Source: Amoebidium appalachense (taxonomy: Eukaryota; Protista; Ichthyosporea). Taken from it: 64,000 nucleotides of DNA. Made by a program: the position numbers and the translations under genes. The notes under the pieces were generated by a model, which ran no database searches, had not been told where the DNA came from, and worked only from the letters and a program-made list of their open reading frames with translations. The DNA is taken from contig CAVNZM010000009.1 in assembly GCA_963693365.1 (NCBI GenBank), positions 700,963 through 764,962 on the forward strand. Direction: 5' to 3'. Position 1 is the first letter of the stretch, and the number at the start of each line of letters is the position of its first letter. Below, piece after piece: positions 31,402-46,170 of the stretch.

Positions 31402-32799
31402 ATGAATTCCTCTTCTTACGACGCAAAGCCGGACGGCAAAGGCTTTAACGATGCCGCCATCGAGTCAGCCTACGGCGAGACGAGCTCCCTACCCGAACGC
31501 GAGCTCCCCATGTGGAAACTGGTGGTTGCGGCACTTCCCTGGGTGGGGATCCAGTCCATCTGGCAGACAGAGTTTGGCCTTATCACCCCAATAATGGAGG
31601 GCCTAGGTCTGTCTTCTTTCTGGGCAACAAACATTTGGATATTCGGCCCCATTACCGGCTTTATCACAGCCCCCATCGTCGGCGCCTTCTCTGATAGCTG
31701 CCGCTCCCGTTTTGGCCGTCGTCGCCCCTTCCTAGTTGGCGGGTTGTTGACTCTCGTCACCATTTCGATGCTGTTTGCTGGTGCACGCCACATCTTCCCC
31801 TCGGGAGCAGTTCTCCCCATCTCCTTCATCCTTGCTGTGCTTATTGACGTCACCATCAACATTATCCAAACACCCCTCCGCGCACTTGTCTCCGACGTTG
31901 CGCCCAAGTCACAGCAAGCAACAGGGCAGCTTTTGTCTTCGTTTTTCCAGGGGTGCGGTGGTCTGCTGGGCTACGGACTAATGAAAGTGATGTACCACAA
32001 CGAGGACGACCTTCTCAAACTGTTTGGAACTGTTATGGCAATCAACGTGTTCTTCATCCTTCTCACCTGCTTCATCGTTAAAGAAGCCATTAACAACTCC
32101 GCGCAAATGTCATCGCTCAGCGAGCCTTTCGTGACCGTCTTTAAAGCCATCCGTCACATGGACATGCGTCTTGGTGTTGTTGCCGCCGTTCAGTTCTTCT
32201 CGTGGGCGGCATTGTTTGCATGGTGGCCTACTGGTTCCACTTGGTTCGGTATCAACGTGTTTGGTGGATGCAACGGGCCGCAGTGCACACCGGAGGGACA
32301 AGCGCTTTTTAACGATGCTATGGGCCACTATTCCATGTCGGGTGTCTATGCAAACGTACTTCAGATTGTCTACTCAATGGCCCTTGCTTCCCTCGTCACC
32401 TTTGGTATTCTTCAGCGCACACGCTTCATCTACGCCGGGTCTCTTGCCGTGGGAGCAGTGATCATGCTTCTGTCCAAGTTTGGCCCACAGACTCTAGGCA
32501 TGGCCTATGCAGTTGCTATTCTTATCAGTGTTCCCATCTCTGCAATTAATGCATTCCCCTTTGCTATTGTGGGTAAATACAGTCAGGAGGACGAGGGTAA
32601 CCTGGCCGTGGGCGTGCAGATGGGAATTCTTAATTTGTTTATCTGCACACCGCAGCTTATTGTGACGTTTATCATTGCAGGAATGCGCGAGGGTTTGGGC
32701 CAGGAGGGTCTGCCGTGGGCTCTGGTTATGGCGGGTGGTTGTTTTGCCGTGGCTGGTGCGATTGCATTGATGATTAGAGAGGTGGTGGCTAAAAATTAA
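31402..32799 (+). CDS. MFS/GPH sucrose:H+ symporter-like transporter (SUC/SUT-SLC45 family), intronless
   Basis: 465 aa with ~12 hydrophobic segments. Motifs WIFGPITGFITAPIVGAFSDSCRSRFGRRRPF, QTPLRALVSD and GILNLFICTPQL. TATAAA at ~31324. Confidence 0.93.
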   Translation: MNSSSYDAKPDGKGFNDAAIESAYGETSSLPERELPMWKLVVAALPWVGIQSIWQTEFGLITPIMEGLGLSSFWATNIWIFGPITGFITAPIVGAFSDSCRSRFGRRRPFLVGGLLTLVTISMLFAGARHIFPSGAVLPISFILAVLIDVTINIIQTPLRALVSDVAPKSQQATGQLLSSFFQGCGGLLGYGLMKVMYHNEDDLLKLFGTVMAINVFFILLTCFIVKEAINNSAQMSSLSEPFVTVFKAIRHMDMRLGVVAAVQFFSWAALFAWWPTGSTWFGINVFGGCNGPQCTPEGQALFNDAMGHYSMSGVYANVLQIVYSMALASLVTFGILQRTRFIYAGSLAVGAVIMLLSKFGPQTLGMAYAVAILISVPISAINAFPFAIVGKYSQEDEGNLAVGVQMGILNLFICTPQLIVTFIIAGMREGLGQEGLPWALVMAGGCFAVAGAIALMIREVVAKN

Positions 32800-33927
32800 A
32801 GTACGGTTTGAATGGGTTAAACTAACTGTGCTACTCAGCATGATGCATGTTTTAAAGGTAACGTGATTTTTTTAATGAATCTGTTCTAACTTGTACGTTC
32901 TATTTTATTAAGTTTTGCGGTTGTGCATGCCCTAGCCATCTGTGATGGCCACTCAGTAGCATAGGTAGGTCCACTTGTTAGAGTCCAAACGATAGACTTC
33001 AATATTCCATATGTGGATAGCTATAGTGTATTAGTATTTATTTTCATAGAGTGGCTGATAAAGCCAGTCTTGATAAGTCACTGTCTAGCACTGAAATAAA
33101 AGAAAGTCACGGACTACAAACACACAAGTGCACCACAAGAAGTTTGACCAGTGTTACCTCAAATTCCTTGCTAAGTATATTGCCGAAGTCAGATTGGATG
33201 GTGTGATGGTGCATAGACTCCAGTAGTGAAACTGAAACACATAATGAGGCGAAAAGGCCAAAAAACAAAAACACATGCACTTATAACCTACCCTCACCCC
33301 TCTCCCCCTCCACCCTGTCTGTCCTCGTCCAGCCCCCTCCCCCTGTCCCCCTCTCCCCCCCCCCCCCTCCCCCCCCCCCCCCCCCGCCCCCACACACAAC
33401 CCACACCAGGAGAAGAAACCCTTTAAGAAAGAAAAAAGGAAGGAAAAGAGACAGAGAGAGGGAGAGAGACTGAGAGAAAGAGGGGGGAGGGGGGAGGAGA
33501 AGAGGGAGAGAGAAGGAGAGAGACACTCAGAAAGAGAGGGAGAGAGAGAGAGATAGAGAGAGAGAGAAGAAAGAGGGGAGAGAGGGGGGGAGGGGGGGGG
33601 GGGAGAGGGAGCCGGGAAAAGGCAAAATGAAAATGTCGAAAGTCAATAAAGAAGAATAGCACAGTGCACACATCAAGGCAAAGACTTGGAATTCTTGGAT
33701 CTGAAACGGGAGGAAGGGGCGGGGCGAAGGAGGGGGGGGGGGGGGGGGGGGGGGGGAGGAAGGAGGGAGATAGTAGAGTTTCGGGCATACATATACCCCC
33801 TCACACCCACGTCATTTCACTCCACAATGTCAATAAAGATTTTTCTCATTGCGAGCGTACACGCAAGAGTTTGTTAATGCATTCCTCTCCAAAGAGTTTA
33901 TGTCCTTGCCGTCTGGCTTCACTGAAG

Positions 33928-34241
<314 letters not shown>

Positions 34242-35522
34242 TCATGACAAAAACACAGGTCGAGCACGGCGTCATAATAGGGTATGAAAAGATTGGGGGA
34301 ACATTGGGGGGGGGGGGGGGGGGGGGGGAGGGGGGGGAAGGGGGGAGGGATGTAGAGCCCGTGCGTGTGCATGTGTGTTGTGTGTGTGTGTTTATATATG
34401 TGTTGGTATGTGAACGGGGAGAGGGCCCCAGGGTGGGGGGACACCGGAAGGGTGTTACACAACGGAAGCCTCTAGGTATAGGGGGATCACTAGTCACATA
34501 GCTGCCCCCCTTAACTTGACGCCCCCTTTATGTCGCTTGGAGATCATCGGTATCGTTTCCCCCTAATTTTATGTAATCGAATCCTGTTTTGTCTAATGCT
34601 TTGTCTAATCAGGTGCAAGGGGACTTCTGTCGTATGGAAGATATTCAATGATTTGATAGAGGGTTGAATTCTTGGCATTTTGATTGGCTGCCAGATGACC
34701 CCAACTCATTCTAATTGGTTGGTGGGCTAGCAGGGCATGGGTGCTAACAATAGTTACTAATATAAGTTTCACTGTGTGCAGGAAACACACAACTGTCTTC
34801 AACGATAGTTGTGTTCGATTCACCCACAGCCCTCTGGGGATGTCAGCCGTCACGGTCCCCACAGAACACCTTCCCCCCCCCTCCCCCCCCCTATCCCCCC
34901 CCCCCCCCCCCCCCTTCCCCCCTCCCCCTATCCAGAACCCCCCTCCCCTCACGGGGAGACTGTTTAATTCTGCTTGTTTGGACATTTGACGTGGCTGTGT
35001 GCACTTAGGGGTGTCCCCATCCCCCCCCCCCCCCCCCCTCCTTCTCCACCCCCCTCCCCCCAAGCCCCAAGCCCCAACCCCACCGTACCCTCACACCCAC
35101 CCACCCACACGGAGGAGTGGGGCACTCCAGATCTATCCTGATCTGTATAATTAAAAGCTGATCTTCTAAATCACTAATGGTTTCGTAAATAAATGCTAAT
35201 GGTCCTGCAATATCTTGTTTCTTGAAATGCCTGTTTATGTCTGGTTTGTTTACTAAGTTTTAAGGGCCCAAAATTCTATTAAAGTCATTATGAAACAGAT
35301 GTTAAAGTCATTATGAAACAGATGTTGCTCGGATGCTAAGTGGTGTTTGTGTGCTTCTGTATGTTCGTATCCGGGACTAAATTGGTTTATTGGACATTTG
35401 CAGGGAGAAAAGGGGGGGGGGGGGGGGGGGGGGGGGGGGAGGGAGGGGGACAGCCACTGAATGGGTGGCTATGTGGGCGGGTGGATGGATGAATAGGCCG
35501 GGGTGGGTGGGTGGGTGGGTTG

Positions 35523-35555
<33 letters not shown>

Positions 35556-35858
35556 GGGGTAGAAGGGTGGGATGGGTTGATGGAGTGGGTTCGCGCACAC
35601 GCGCACGAGCACACACCCACACGCGCGGCGCGCGTGCGCACGCGCACACACACACACACATGCACACATGTACACATGTACACATGCACCGACACACAAT
35701 GTGATACGTGTACGCACACGTTTTATTTTTATTCAGGCACACACGCATACACAAAAGCCTACAACACGTGCCCCCTCCCCGCCCCTCCCCCTCCCCTCCC
35801 CCCCCCCCCCCCTCCCCCCCCAACTTGAAACACACACACACAACAACCTGCACACTCG

Positions 35859-35994
<136 letters not shown>

Positions 35995-36927
35995 TATCAA
36001 AATTTCCCCACATACAGGTGCAGTTACCGCCAACACCAACCAAGGACAACTCAAAATCGACGGTAAACTCTTAGGTGCCCCGCCATGCTTTTAGCTACGG
36101 AATGTGCCCAATTTATCGCCGCAAACCGACCATGCGAAGTACATTTTGCATACAAAGTATCCGAAATCGACGGATCGTTGGTAGCAGATGACCCTACAGA
36201 TGTGGGTGGGGGAACACGTTTGGCGGGAAAGTGAGCAACGCGGGCCAGCCAGTGCCTGCTTCGTTTGTGATGGATAACCAGTGCTCGGTGCACGGGTGGT
36301 TGGTGTTCCCGCGAGAAATGATGCATCAAGGTGATTGGATCTTTTCGGCGACCAGTTAGAAAGGTTAAAACTGGTTGTGTTTGTGCATAGGGCCGGGGGG
36401 AGCGGAGTGGGGGGGGGGGGGGGGGGGGGGGGGGTTACGTTTTTCCTTCTTTTGTGGGTGTGCCGGTGTGACGGTATTCACAGATGCTACGGCACGTGTT
36501 GTTTGTGTATGTGTGTGTGGATGGACAGAGGGGTGGGGGGATGGGGGGTCGCGGGTGGGTTGGAAGGAGGGGGTGGGGAGGGGGGGGGGGGGGGGAGGAG
36601 GGAAGGGAAGGGGAGAGGGGGGGGGGGGGGGGGGGTCGTAAAATAGTGCTCTGTCCCATCTTACTCAAGCCCCAGGCTCAATCGTAATGGTAAAGAATAA
36701 TGTTGCTATAAAACCGTGAACAACTGCACGCTTGAAAATCATTGGGTTAATGCTTACCTGATGCTCTTAAACGTGCACATCTCTAACATTCATGACCGGA
36801 GCAAAGTTTTATTCCTATTGTGCTACACACACCATTGGGTCCAACTTGTATTCCTACGGCAGTGTTTAATCTTGAGTGGGGAGCCGGGGAGAAAGGTAGG
36901 GGGAAGGGGGGAGGGGGGGAGGGGGGG

Positions 36928-36967
<40 letters not shown>

Positions 36968-37241
36968 GCTGCACTGTAAGCCTACGAGTTAGATTAACTG
37001 CCCCGGAAGCAGAACGTTATGTTGCTGCAATAACACCTTAATGGTATGTAATTCTCCTATTGACTTCTTAGTAGAAAATACGTGGTACATCGTAATAATG
37101 TGTTACAGCATACAATTTGATATTGTGCTCAAATATAATGAAAAAGTTATAGACGTAGTGTTCTATGTATCCTGTTAATTCCAGTCAAAATAAAAGGATT
37201 CTATTGGGTCCAAACCCACTTGTTGTCTGTAATGTGCACTA

Positions 37242-37390
37242 GATGCCGGGGCCCTCTGCGAGGATGGGCTCTGCTTATGACGCATACTGTGCGCATTGCT
37301 GATGTTGCATACTTCAATGTTTGCATTTGCATGTGTCCGCACCATGCTTCTCGTCGTGTATGCGTACTTCGCGCCGTCTTCCGCATTCAA
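37242..37390 (+). mobile_element. 5'-truncated copy D of the structured repeat family
   Basis: GGGCCCTCTGCGAGGATGGGCTCTGCTTATGACGCATACTGTGCGCA...CCGCATTCAA followed by a C-tract matches the 3' half of copy B. Confidence 0.8.
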
Positions 37391-37522
37391 CCCCTCCCCC
37401 TCCCTCCCCTCCCCCCCCCCCCCCCCCTCCCCCTTTCCTCTCCCTCCCTCCCCCTCCCCCCCCCGCGCCCCCCCCCCCCCCCCCAAACCCCAACCCCAAC
37501 CCCTCCTAACACCAATACACAC

Positions 37523-37691
<169 letters not shown>

Positions 37692-37717
37692 CCAACCACC
37701 GCGAACCATCCCCATCC

Positions 37718-37756
<39 letters not shown>

Positions 37757-38106
37757 ACACACACACACAAAAAAAAAAAAAAAAAGGAAAAGAAAAAGAA
37801 AACGAAAAAAAAGAAGAAGAAAGAAACCGCCCGCGGGGCCGCATGGCAATCCTTGTTTTCAAAAGCTTATTTTTATCTTTTTTCTTTTGTCTTTTCTTTT
37901 CTTTTCTTTTTTTCCCCCCTTTTTTCTGGGGGGGGCGGGGTTTGTGTGTCACGGGGGTGTGTGTATGTGCTTGGAGGGATTGAAGTTGGGGCTGGGTGGT
38001 TGGGTTTGAAATGGGAGTGGATGGGTGGGTGGGTGGGGGTGGGGAAGGGGGGGGGGGGGGGGGGGGGGGGGGTCATGATGCAGATCCGATGGCACTGGTC
38101 TGGCAT

Positions 38107-38190
38107 GCTTTTAGCAGATTGATTCTGCTTTTAGCAGATTGATTCTGCTTTTGCAAAATAATTCTGCTTTTAGCAGATTGATTCTGCTTT
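38107..38190. repeat. ~20-bp tandem repeat (TGCTTTTAGCAGATTGATTC), about 4 copies
   Basis: Read directly; the units contain a small TCTGCT/AGCAGA inverted repeat. Confidence 0.8.
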
Positions 38191-38640
38191 TGGCATTGGA
38201 CCGTCACATGTACTGCGGGGGTTAACTTTACATGATTAAGGTAGCTGGGGCCATGGATATTAAGCAATCGTCTCTCCTACCCCTCTCTCTCCCATTTCCC
38301 TCCTGCTATCTCTTTTAATCTCTGCCCCTCCCAAAGGGTTCTGTCTCTCTTGCTCTGCTGCCATAGGGCCAAAAGATGACAACACCGGGACCGGGGCAGA
38401 AATCGGACAAAACGAAATCCAATGAACCGATTGGATCTGCAATCTTTGATTTTATCCGCAATTCCACGTGAGCCATTTGATTTTATCCGCAATTCCACTT
38501 TAAAACAGTCCTCCCCCCCCTTTTTTTTGAATTATCACTATTTGGTCAGATGCGCTACCCAACCAGAGTGGCCCCCACGTGCACCACTATCTCTTTCTCC
38601 TGCCTAATTCTGGATATCCAGAATTAGGATTCAATGTTAC

Positions 38641-38686
<46 letters not shown>

Positions 38687-38818
38687 ATGAAAAAAAAAGA
38701 AAGAAAGAAAGAAAAAAAAAAAGAAAAAAGCTTGCTCCCGATCCGCCACAACACCTCTCCATCATAGAGCCGTTTTTTTTTTGTTTTTTTCCCTCTTTTT
38801 TTTGTGGCGGTGGTGGGG

Positions 38819-38853
<35 letters not shown>

Positions 38854-39008
38854 CTTCTCCTATCAAACCAACATCGGCATCAGGTTGCATTTATATTTGT
38901 ACACGAGTGCGCGCACACAGGCAGCACACACGCATGCACACAACAGGACACACACACAGACAGACACACACACACGCGCGCGCGCGCGCGCACACACACA
39001 CACACTTT

Positions 39009-39070
<62 letters not shown>

Positions 39071-40108
39071 GCTGACCAATCGCTTCTAATCACGAGCACG
39101 ATACACACACTAAGTACCCCTCAACTAACCACCACTTGCACCCCACACACCCAATGCCCCCCTCCCCCCCCTCCCCCCCCCCCCCCCCCCCCCGCCCCTA
39201 CCTGCCTTCCATCCCCCCCCATTCCCCCCCCCCCCCCCCCCCCCCTCCACCGCCACCACCAACTCCACCCCACTTGCCCCCCTTCCCATAACTGCCTTCA
39301 CCTTCCCAACCTCCCCCCCCCCCCCCCTCCCCCCCCCCCCCCCCCCCCCCCGCCGCATACCCATAGTCAGATTGCAAGAATTTTATTCTGTTTGACACCC
39401 CTTTGTATCTTTGTGGTGCTTGCTACCTGATTTTAGGAACATCGGTTATCGTTAAATTTGCCGGGTTAGTTTAAGGATCTGGTCCCGCTATGCACAAAAC
39501 GAACCGCAACTTATGATAAATGTATGATATGAATAAAAGAATAACGTCCAACGATCTTGTGACCCATAGTTAGCAAAATAGCTCAAGATAAACGGTGTAG
39601 GGCAAACAGAAAATTAAGGGGGAAAAAGAAAAAGAAAAAGAAAAAAAAACGTGGCAAGACAAGCCGTAACTTTCACTATATTTCTTATGTTAAAACCTAT
39701 AAAGAAACAATTAATCTCAGTTTCCGCGCCTTTCTCAACCTGCAAGAGCCCAAAGGCACACGGTGTTCTCGCCCTATATGTGCCTTACCAACATTATTCC
39801 GTGGAGCCGCAGTACTAGCCTAAAGTTAGATTCGTCTTTAATGTGTTTCCTTTAACTAGAAGCCGTTGCTATTTTTACCGCTTAGCCACCTTTCTAATTA
39901 TGTTATTTCCTAATAAAGCTATTTCTGTAATTTAAGAAAGTCACACTATCTGTCGAAAACGATGGCCCCATCGGTTAATCATCCCGTTTCTTTCTCTATG
40001 CCAATGACAGTGTCTTCCCGTGCTTGAAACCAAGTTTAGCATTATATGCTGATAATCGAAGGTAAGAAAATCCCAACAGAAAACCCGGTGTTTTTGTATT
40101 CCTCAAGT

Positions 40109-40284
40109 TTACACATCGAGACTCTCAATGTGCTGGGACCGTATTTCCTTAGCCTTTATACGGGAATCCATCACGGGCCCAGCCGGCGTATCTGGATTGA
40201 TGGTGGCAGGGGCAAGGAGCCTCTTTGGGATTTGATGGAGGGAGGCCCCCAAAACACCACCAATAATTGGGCCTAGCCAGAAGA

Positions 40285-40366
<82 letters not shown>

Positions 40367-40865
40367 CGCACATGCGGCGGGGCGGGGGGGGGGGGGGGGG
40401 GGGAAGATGAAGGGGGAGGGGAGGGAAGGGGGTGTGTGTGAGTGTGTGAGTGTGTGTGTAGTTGTGTGTGTGTACATGTATGTGTGTGTGTGTGTGTGTG
40501 TGCGTGCGTGTCCGGCGCACTCATGTACTTGTATATGCGACCCTTCTTGCTTTTTTTGCGCGTGTATACAATTATGGGTTGCACGTGTCTGTATGTGCGC
40601 ATCTGCGGGCACGGGTGTTTGTGTTTGTGTGTGTGTATGTGCACGCGTAAGTGTGCATGTGGGTAAGTGTGTTCTCTAATGTGTGTGTATTTGTGCGTGC
40701 GCGTGTTTGTGCACGCAAGTGGCACATCACCATGTGTGTATGAAACCGGACGAGTTTTTATGTATGCACATACATCATGTCGCACACATCATGGGAAAGA
40801 ATGTGTGCCGTGATTCATTGTGTGGGAAATGACTTCGAGTGCAAGTGCGAGGGAGATGCATGCTC

Positions 40866-40903
<38 letters not shown>

Positions 40904-42169
40904 TGTATGATAGTGTGTGTGTGTGTGAGGGGGGGGGGGGGGGGGAGGGGAGGAGGAGGTGGGGGGAGGTGGAAGGGGACAAGTCAAAAAAAACACCGCC
41001 GAGTCACTCTGTGTAATGTATCAGTAGCATCGTGGAGCACCTGAACACATGGATTGTATTGGTCGTCCCAATGCCCGAAACTAGCCAAATTAGGCATGTC
41101 TGGTAGCAGAAGTTTTCATATGATACATGTGCCCCTATGTCTGTGTTTGTGGTTGGAGGAAAAGGGGTGAGCTTAAGGTAAAACGATATTGTTTTATGAT
41201 CATAGGATCGAGGCATTTTGGGAAGAAAATGAGGGGAGTGAAAAAGAAGGGGAGGAGGTGGTGGTGCGGATATGGATTGTGTGTGTGTTTTTTTTGCAGG
41301 GGAGGGAGGGGGGGGGGGGGGGGGATGGGGGGGACTAGGGGAGAAGACAAGAGTGTGTACACTGCTAACCAAAAAGGCTACGACTGCGTGCTGTGTGTTG
41401 GTTGGGAAGTTTTGGGACTGAAAATGGGGCGTTTGACGACCCCAGGAGGGGTTGGGGGGGAGGAAGGTGGGGAGAAGGGGGGGGGGGGGGGGGGGGGGGG
41501 GGGGGGCTGGTATTTTGGGGAGGAGGGGGGGAGAGATGGGGGCGGGTTGAATGGGTGTGTGAGTGGGGGGGGGGGGGGTAGATCGACCTACCCAATGGTT
41601 GGTGAAATCACCATCTACAGCCACCGAGGCAAAGCTCCGTGCAGGGTTAACTCACACCCTGTGAATGGAATGAGAAGAATGTGCGCTAGAAAGACAGATA
41701 GACCAATGGCAAGGCACGCCATCGTGGCCGTCCTCCCCTTGGGGCTGTCTGCTGATTGGTCAACGGTGACAGAAAAAACGGTGAATGTGAGAAGGGCGGT
41801 TCCACATGTTTCTAGAAGGATTCCCTGGACTGTGGTGACGTCATGAGCCAATCTGTTGCGTCCCATTCGCCCGTGGTAGACGGCGGGAACCATGGCTGAG
41901 AGGAGGGCAACCCCGCACGTGGCACCGATCATCTTTTATTCGGGATTTAAAATTTAGTTGTAATGTTAAAACTTAATTAGTTTGTGTTTGTTAGGGACCC
42001 TTCGGGCGAGGTACTTAAAAGGATGTGGCGACAAAAGGCAACGAAAGTGAGAGGCATGGGCAACGGGTATGTCGTAATAGGGGAAGCTTTTACTCACTAA
42101 ATAAACCGGCAAGAAACCGAAATGTATTCAAGAAATGCTGCAATCCTGTGTGCGTTCTGTATAAGTGTG

Positions 42170-42260
<91 letters not shown>

Positions 42261-42261
42261 A

Positions 42262-42293
<32 letters not shown>

Positions 42294-42570
42294 TGTGTGT
42301 GTGTGTGTGTGGGTGTTTGGGGGGGGGGGGAGGAGGGGTTTTGGGGGGGATGGGGGGGTTGGAGGGGAGGGGGCAGGAGGTTGTGTAGGAAGCAGGTGGG
42401 GCCCGGAGAGAAAGGGTCGTATTCATCATGGGGAAGAGGGGCGGGTGGGCGTGGGGGGGGGTGGGGGGAGGGATTGTGCGTAAACAGAGGCTGCATATTT
42501 CACTAGTGGCGAAAAATACCAAAGAACAGAAACTTTTCCAGAATAGTGGTGGACAACTGAACGGAGAAGG

Positions 42571-42619
<49 letters not shown>

Positions 42620-42992
42620 GGCCTGGGGGGCACCGGAGACCCCTGAGCCTGCAGAGGCGACGGGGGGAGCGGGGGAAAAGGGGGGGGGGGGGGGAGCTTC
42701 ACCGTGCCCCCAAAAGAAGACACGAGAAGTCAGTGAGCATGCAAAAGGGTAAGGGAGGAAGGCAGGGGGGAGGGGGGAGGGAGGTGGGGGGGATTGACAC
42801 GAGTGGAGGGGGATATGGACGAGGGGGGGGGGGGGGGGGGGAGGAAGGGGGGGAGGGGGGAGGGTGGGGGGGGGGGCGCATCCACTATGATTCAGGCTTC
42901 TTTCTTCCCCCTCCACCCCACCCCCTTCCCTCCCAGAATCTGTTGCTGACTCTTTCGTCTTCTTCTTCTTCTTTTTTTTTTGTGTGTGCTTA

Positions 42993-43061
<69 letters not shown>

Positions 43062-43469
43062 TTAATTTAGAGTCATTTCATTTTCCCCGGGGGGGGGGAG
43101 GGGGGGGAGGGGGGGGGGGAGGAAAAAGGTTGGGAGGGGAGGGGGGCATACCTGTGCCACGACATAGCACACACCCAACAGGGGGTCCATCTTCTTATAC
43201 ACACACATGGCCACAGTCACAGCGGGATTAAGGTGGCCCCCACTCACTGGCCCAATCGCATGCGCCAAAACAAAGATGCTAATGCCAAAACTTAAAGCAA
43301 TAGTTAAAATATCCGACGAATCGCGTAGTTTTCCCGCAGCACTCACACCAGTGCTCATCACCGTGCCGATGGTGACTAGAAGGAAGAAGAACATTCCAAA
43401 GAATTCTGCAATGACTGAGCGCAGCGCCTTGCGGTGACCAAACATCTCGCGGATATTGAAGTTGGCCAT
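40109..43469 (-). CDS. aquaporin (MIP family), 3 coding exons, with an apparent 1-nt frameshift at ~41652
   Basis: Exons 43469-43152 (AEFFG, SGGHLNPAVT), 41932-41592 (E..GT..L, AIGLSVFLAH..LIPFTGC / VNPARSF..HW) and 40285-40109 (IFWLGPIIGG). The second NPA is in a shifted frame (GGG TGT GA GTT AAC CCT GCA). Confidence 0.9.
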
Positions 43470-43622
43470 TTTGCCACCAACTGCAAATCACAGGTTTGAG
43501 AACTGCATCCGGAATAAGCACTGTAGCATCTATGACACAACCTGTAAGTTATTTTTATATTGGTAGCCTTCCCGATTTGTCATTGCAAACTCCCCCCCTC
43601 CTCCTCCCACTTCACGCCCCCC

Positions 43623-43653
<31 letters not shown>

Positions 43654-43804
43654 AAAAAAAAAACGAAAGAAAAGAAAAGAAAAGAAACACCTGCTTGCAA
43701 ATTCAAGGCAACCTTGAATAAAACAGCCTCATAAAGAAGAAATCGTTGTGTGTGCGTGTGTGCGGGCGGCGGCGGCGGCTGCGGCGGCGGCGGTGGTGGT
43801 GGGT

Positions 43805-43835
<31 letters not shown>

Positions 43836-44249
43836 GGGGGGGGGGGTCGGATCCTTATGAAATTTCAAGTGACTATCTTTTTTATCTACTTGTGTTGCAT
43901 TATGTGCCGGCTAGTATACAGCGCCAGATGCCGTTTTACTTGCATTTGGCTACATGGTGCATGTATGCACCTAAGCGGCATCCCAGGGGAGCAAGGGAGG
44001 ATCTTTCCTAGAGTTGATTTGTTGGTTGGTTTAGTGTTCGTCCGGGACTTCCGCTGGTTCATTTTTATATGTGTGTAATGTTAGGCCGTAATGGCGTGCT
44101 AGCGTAGCTAATGGCACCGTAGCATCCTAGCTAGAGTATAGTCGGTGTTGAATGGATTTGACGGTAGTTCCGCTGAGGGATTCCTAGGGGTCCCTCCGGG
44201 AACAAAACGGGGTAAAAAGATTTACTATGACGGTGTACATATCTGTGTT

Positions 44250-44325
<76 letters not shown>

Positions 44326-44331
44326 ATTCTT

Positions 44332-44373
<42 letters not shown>

Positions 44374-44522
44374 GTAGAGGGGAAATAGAAGGGAAATAGA
44401 TGACAGAGAGTGATAAATAATAATAATCGGGCTGGTTGACCATATATTTATAGATTATACCGTGTACAAGCAGTGTAATAAGAACCAGTGAGCTTACAAG
44501 GGTGCTCTGCCAACGTTAGTTA

Positions 44523-44617
<95 letters not shown>

Positions 44618-44719
44618 GGTGTCACCGTGTGTGTGTGTGTGTCACAGTGTGTGTGCGTGCGTGTGCGTGTGTCCGCGCGTGTTGTGTGTGTGTACATGTG
44701 TGACAGTGCCAGTGTGTGC

Positions 44720-44751
<32 letters not shown>

Positions 44752-44883
44752 CAGTGTGTGTGTGCGTGTGTGTGTGTGCGCGCGCGTGCGTGCGTGTGTG
44801 TGTGTGTCAGGTGCGTGTGTGCTCGCCAGCGTGCGTGCATGTGTGTGTTTGTGCTTGTGTGTGTATGTGGCGTGCTCGTGCCT

Positions 44884-44975
<92 letters not shown>

Positions 44976-46131
44976 CTTGTCACGGGGTGCTTGTGCTTTT
45001 GTATGTCTGCGCCAGCACTATACGCAGTGCGGCTCGGTGATGTGTCTACGGGTGTTAATGTTATTGGTTACTATAGATGTACAACTAAGCTGCTTCCCAG
45101 TCCAGTTTGACCATGATGTGTCTATTATTAAGTTGGCTGCTGAAGAAGCTGATCTCAAACTACATGCAACTCACCTGCTGGAACAGCCTAACGTTAACCG
45201 AAGTTGAAAATTAAGCAATTTTGTAATAGAACAAAACTTATTTAAACCGTTCGAATGGCCGAGGAAAGTGTTTATAAAACTTAAAACCAAAAAAAGGTAG
45301 GAATATTGCACGCTGGTTAATTTACAATAATGAAACAGTCAGTAAATGCTTTAGCCCAAGCACCCGACGCCCTATGTTCCGCTTGAAGCTTCGGTCACCG
45401 AAAGATAATAAGCTGCCCTGGTTTCCAAACAACACTACATAGCAGAAGTTAGGGACATGCCTATTGGTGGTAAGAAAGCAGTAATTAGCCCCGTGCATCA
45501 CTTCGGTCACCCACTGACCAGTGACGTACTGTAGGCCCGGCCACGGATGACATCATGGGATGCGGCAGGATGCAGCCAGGCGGGACTCCAGCCAGTGGTA
45601 GTTCTAACGTTATATCAATTAACTGCGGCCAACATCAAAGACTCTAACTAATGGTATGTCGGTGTATATGTATGTATGTTCAACTTTGCATGTTTCCAGA
45701 AACAAGCATGATTGTTAAGGCTAGGCCGCAGTTACATACATTGTCATAAAAACTTGCAAGTGGCACTGGCCCGACCCGGAGCCGCGGCCGGCCCGCGGCC
45801 GGAACGCGTATGGGGCACCTGTACATGTTGGACAGGCGGTAAACATTTTTGTGCCAGCTGCAGGGATTTGGAAGGCCGGGGGGGCGTGGGTCTGCGTGCA
45901 CGTACTAGTACTGTGTGTGCGTTGGCAGAGGTGAGGGAGAAAAGGGCAGAGATTTGAAGGAGGAATAAAAAAAGAGGTGGATGGAAGAAGGGGTGTGTTT
46001 GAAGGGGTGGGGGCAGGTGGGCCGGGTGGGTGCATGGGTTGGTCGTGGCCGGTGGATGGGTATACGTAGGTTGGTTGTGGGCGGGTGGGTGAGGGAGGGG
46101 GGAGGAAGAGGGGTGTGTGTGTGGGGGGGGG

Positions 46132-46170
<39 letters not shown>

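Noticed and set aside
35279-35326. 23-bp direct duplication (similar ones at ~18295-18375, 38445-38500 and 2547-2577)
   Set aside because: Simple local tandem duplications with no associated element boundaries.
45518-45830. Possible MITE termini (CAGTGACGTA..) and GC-rich palindromes upstream of the aquaporin
   Set aside because: No matching second terminus or TSD found.
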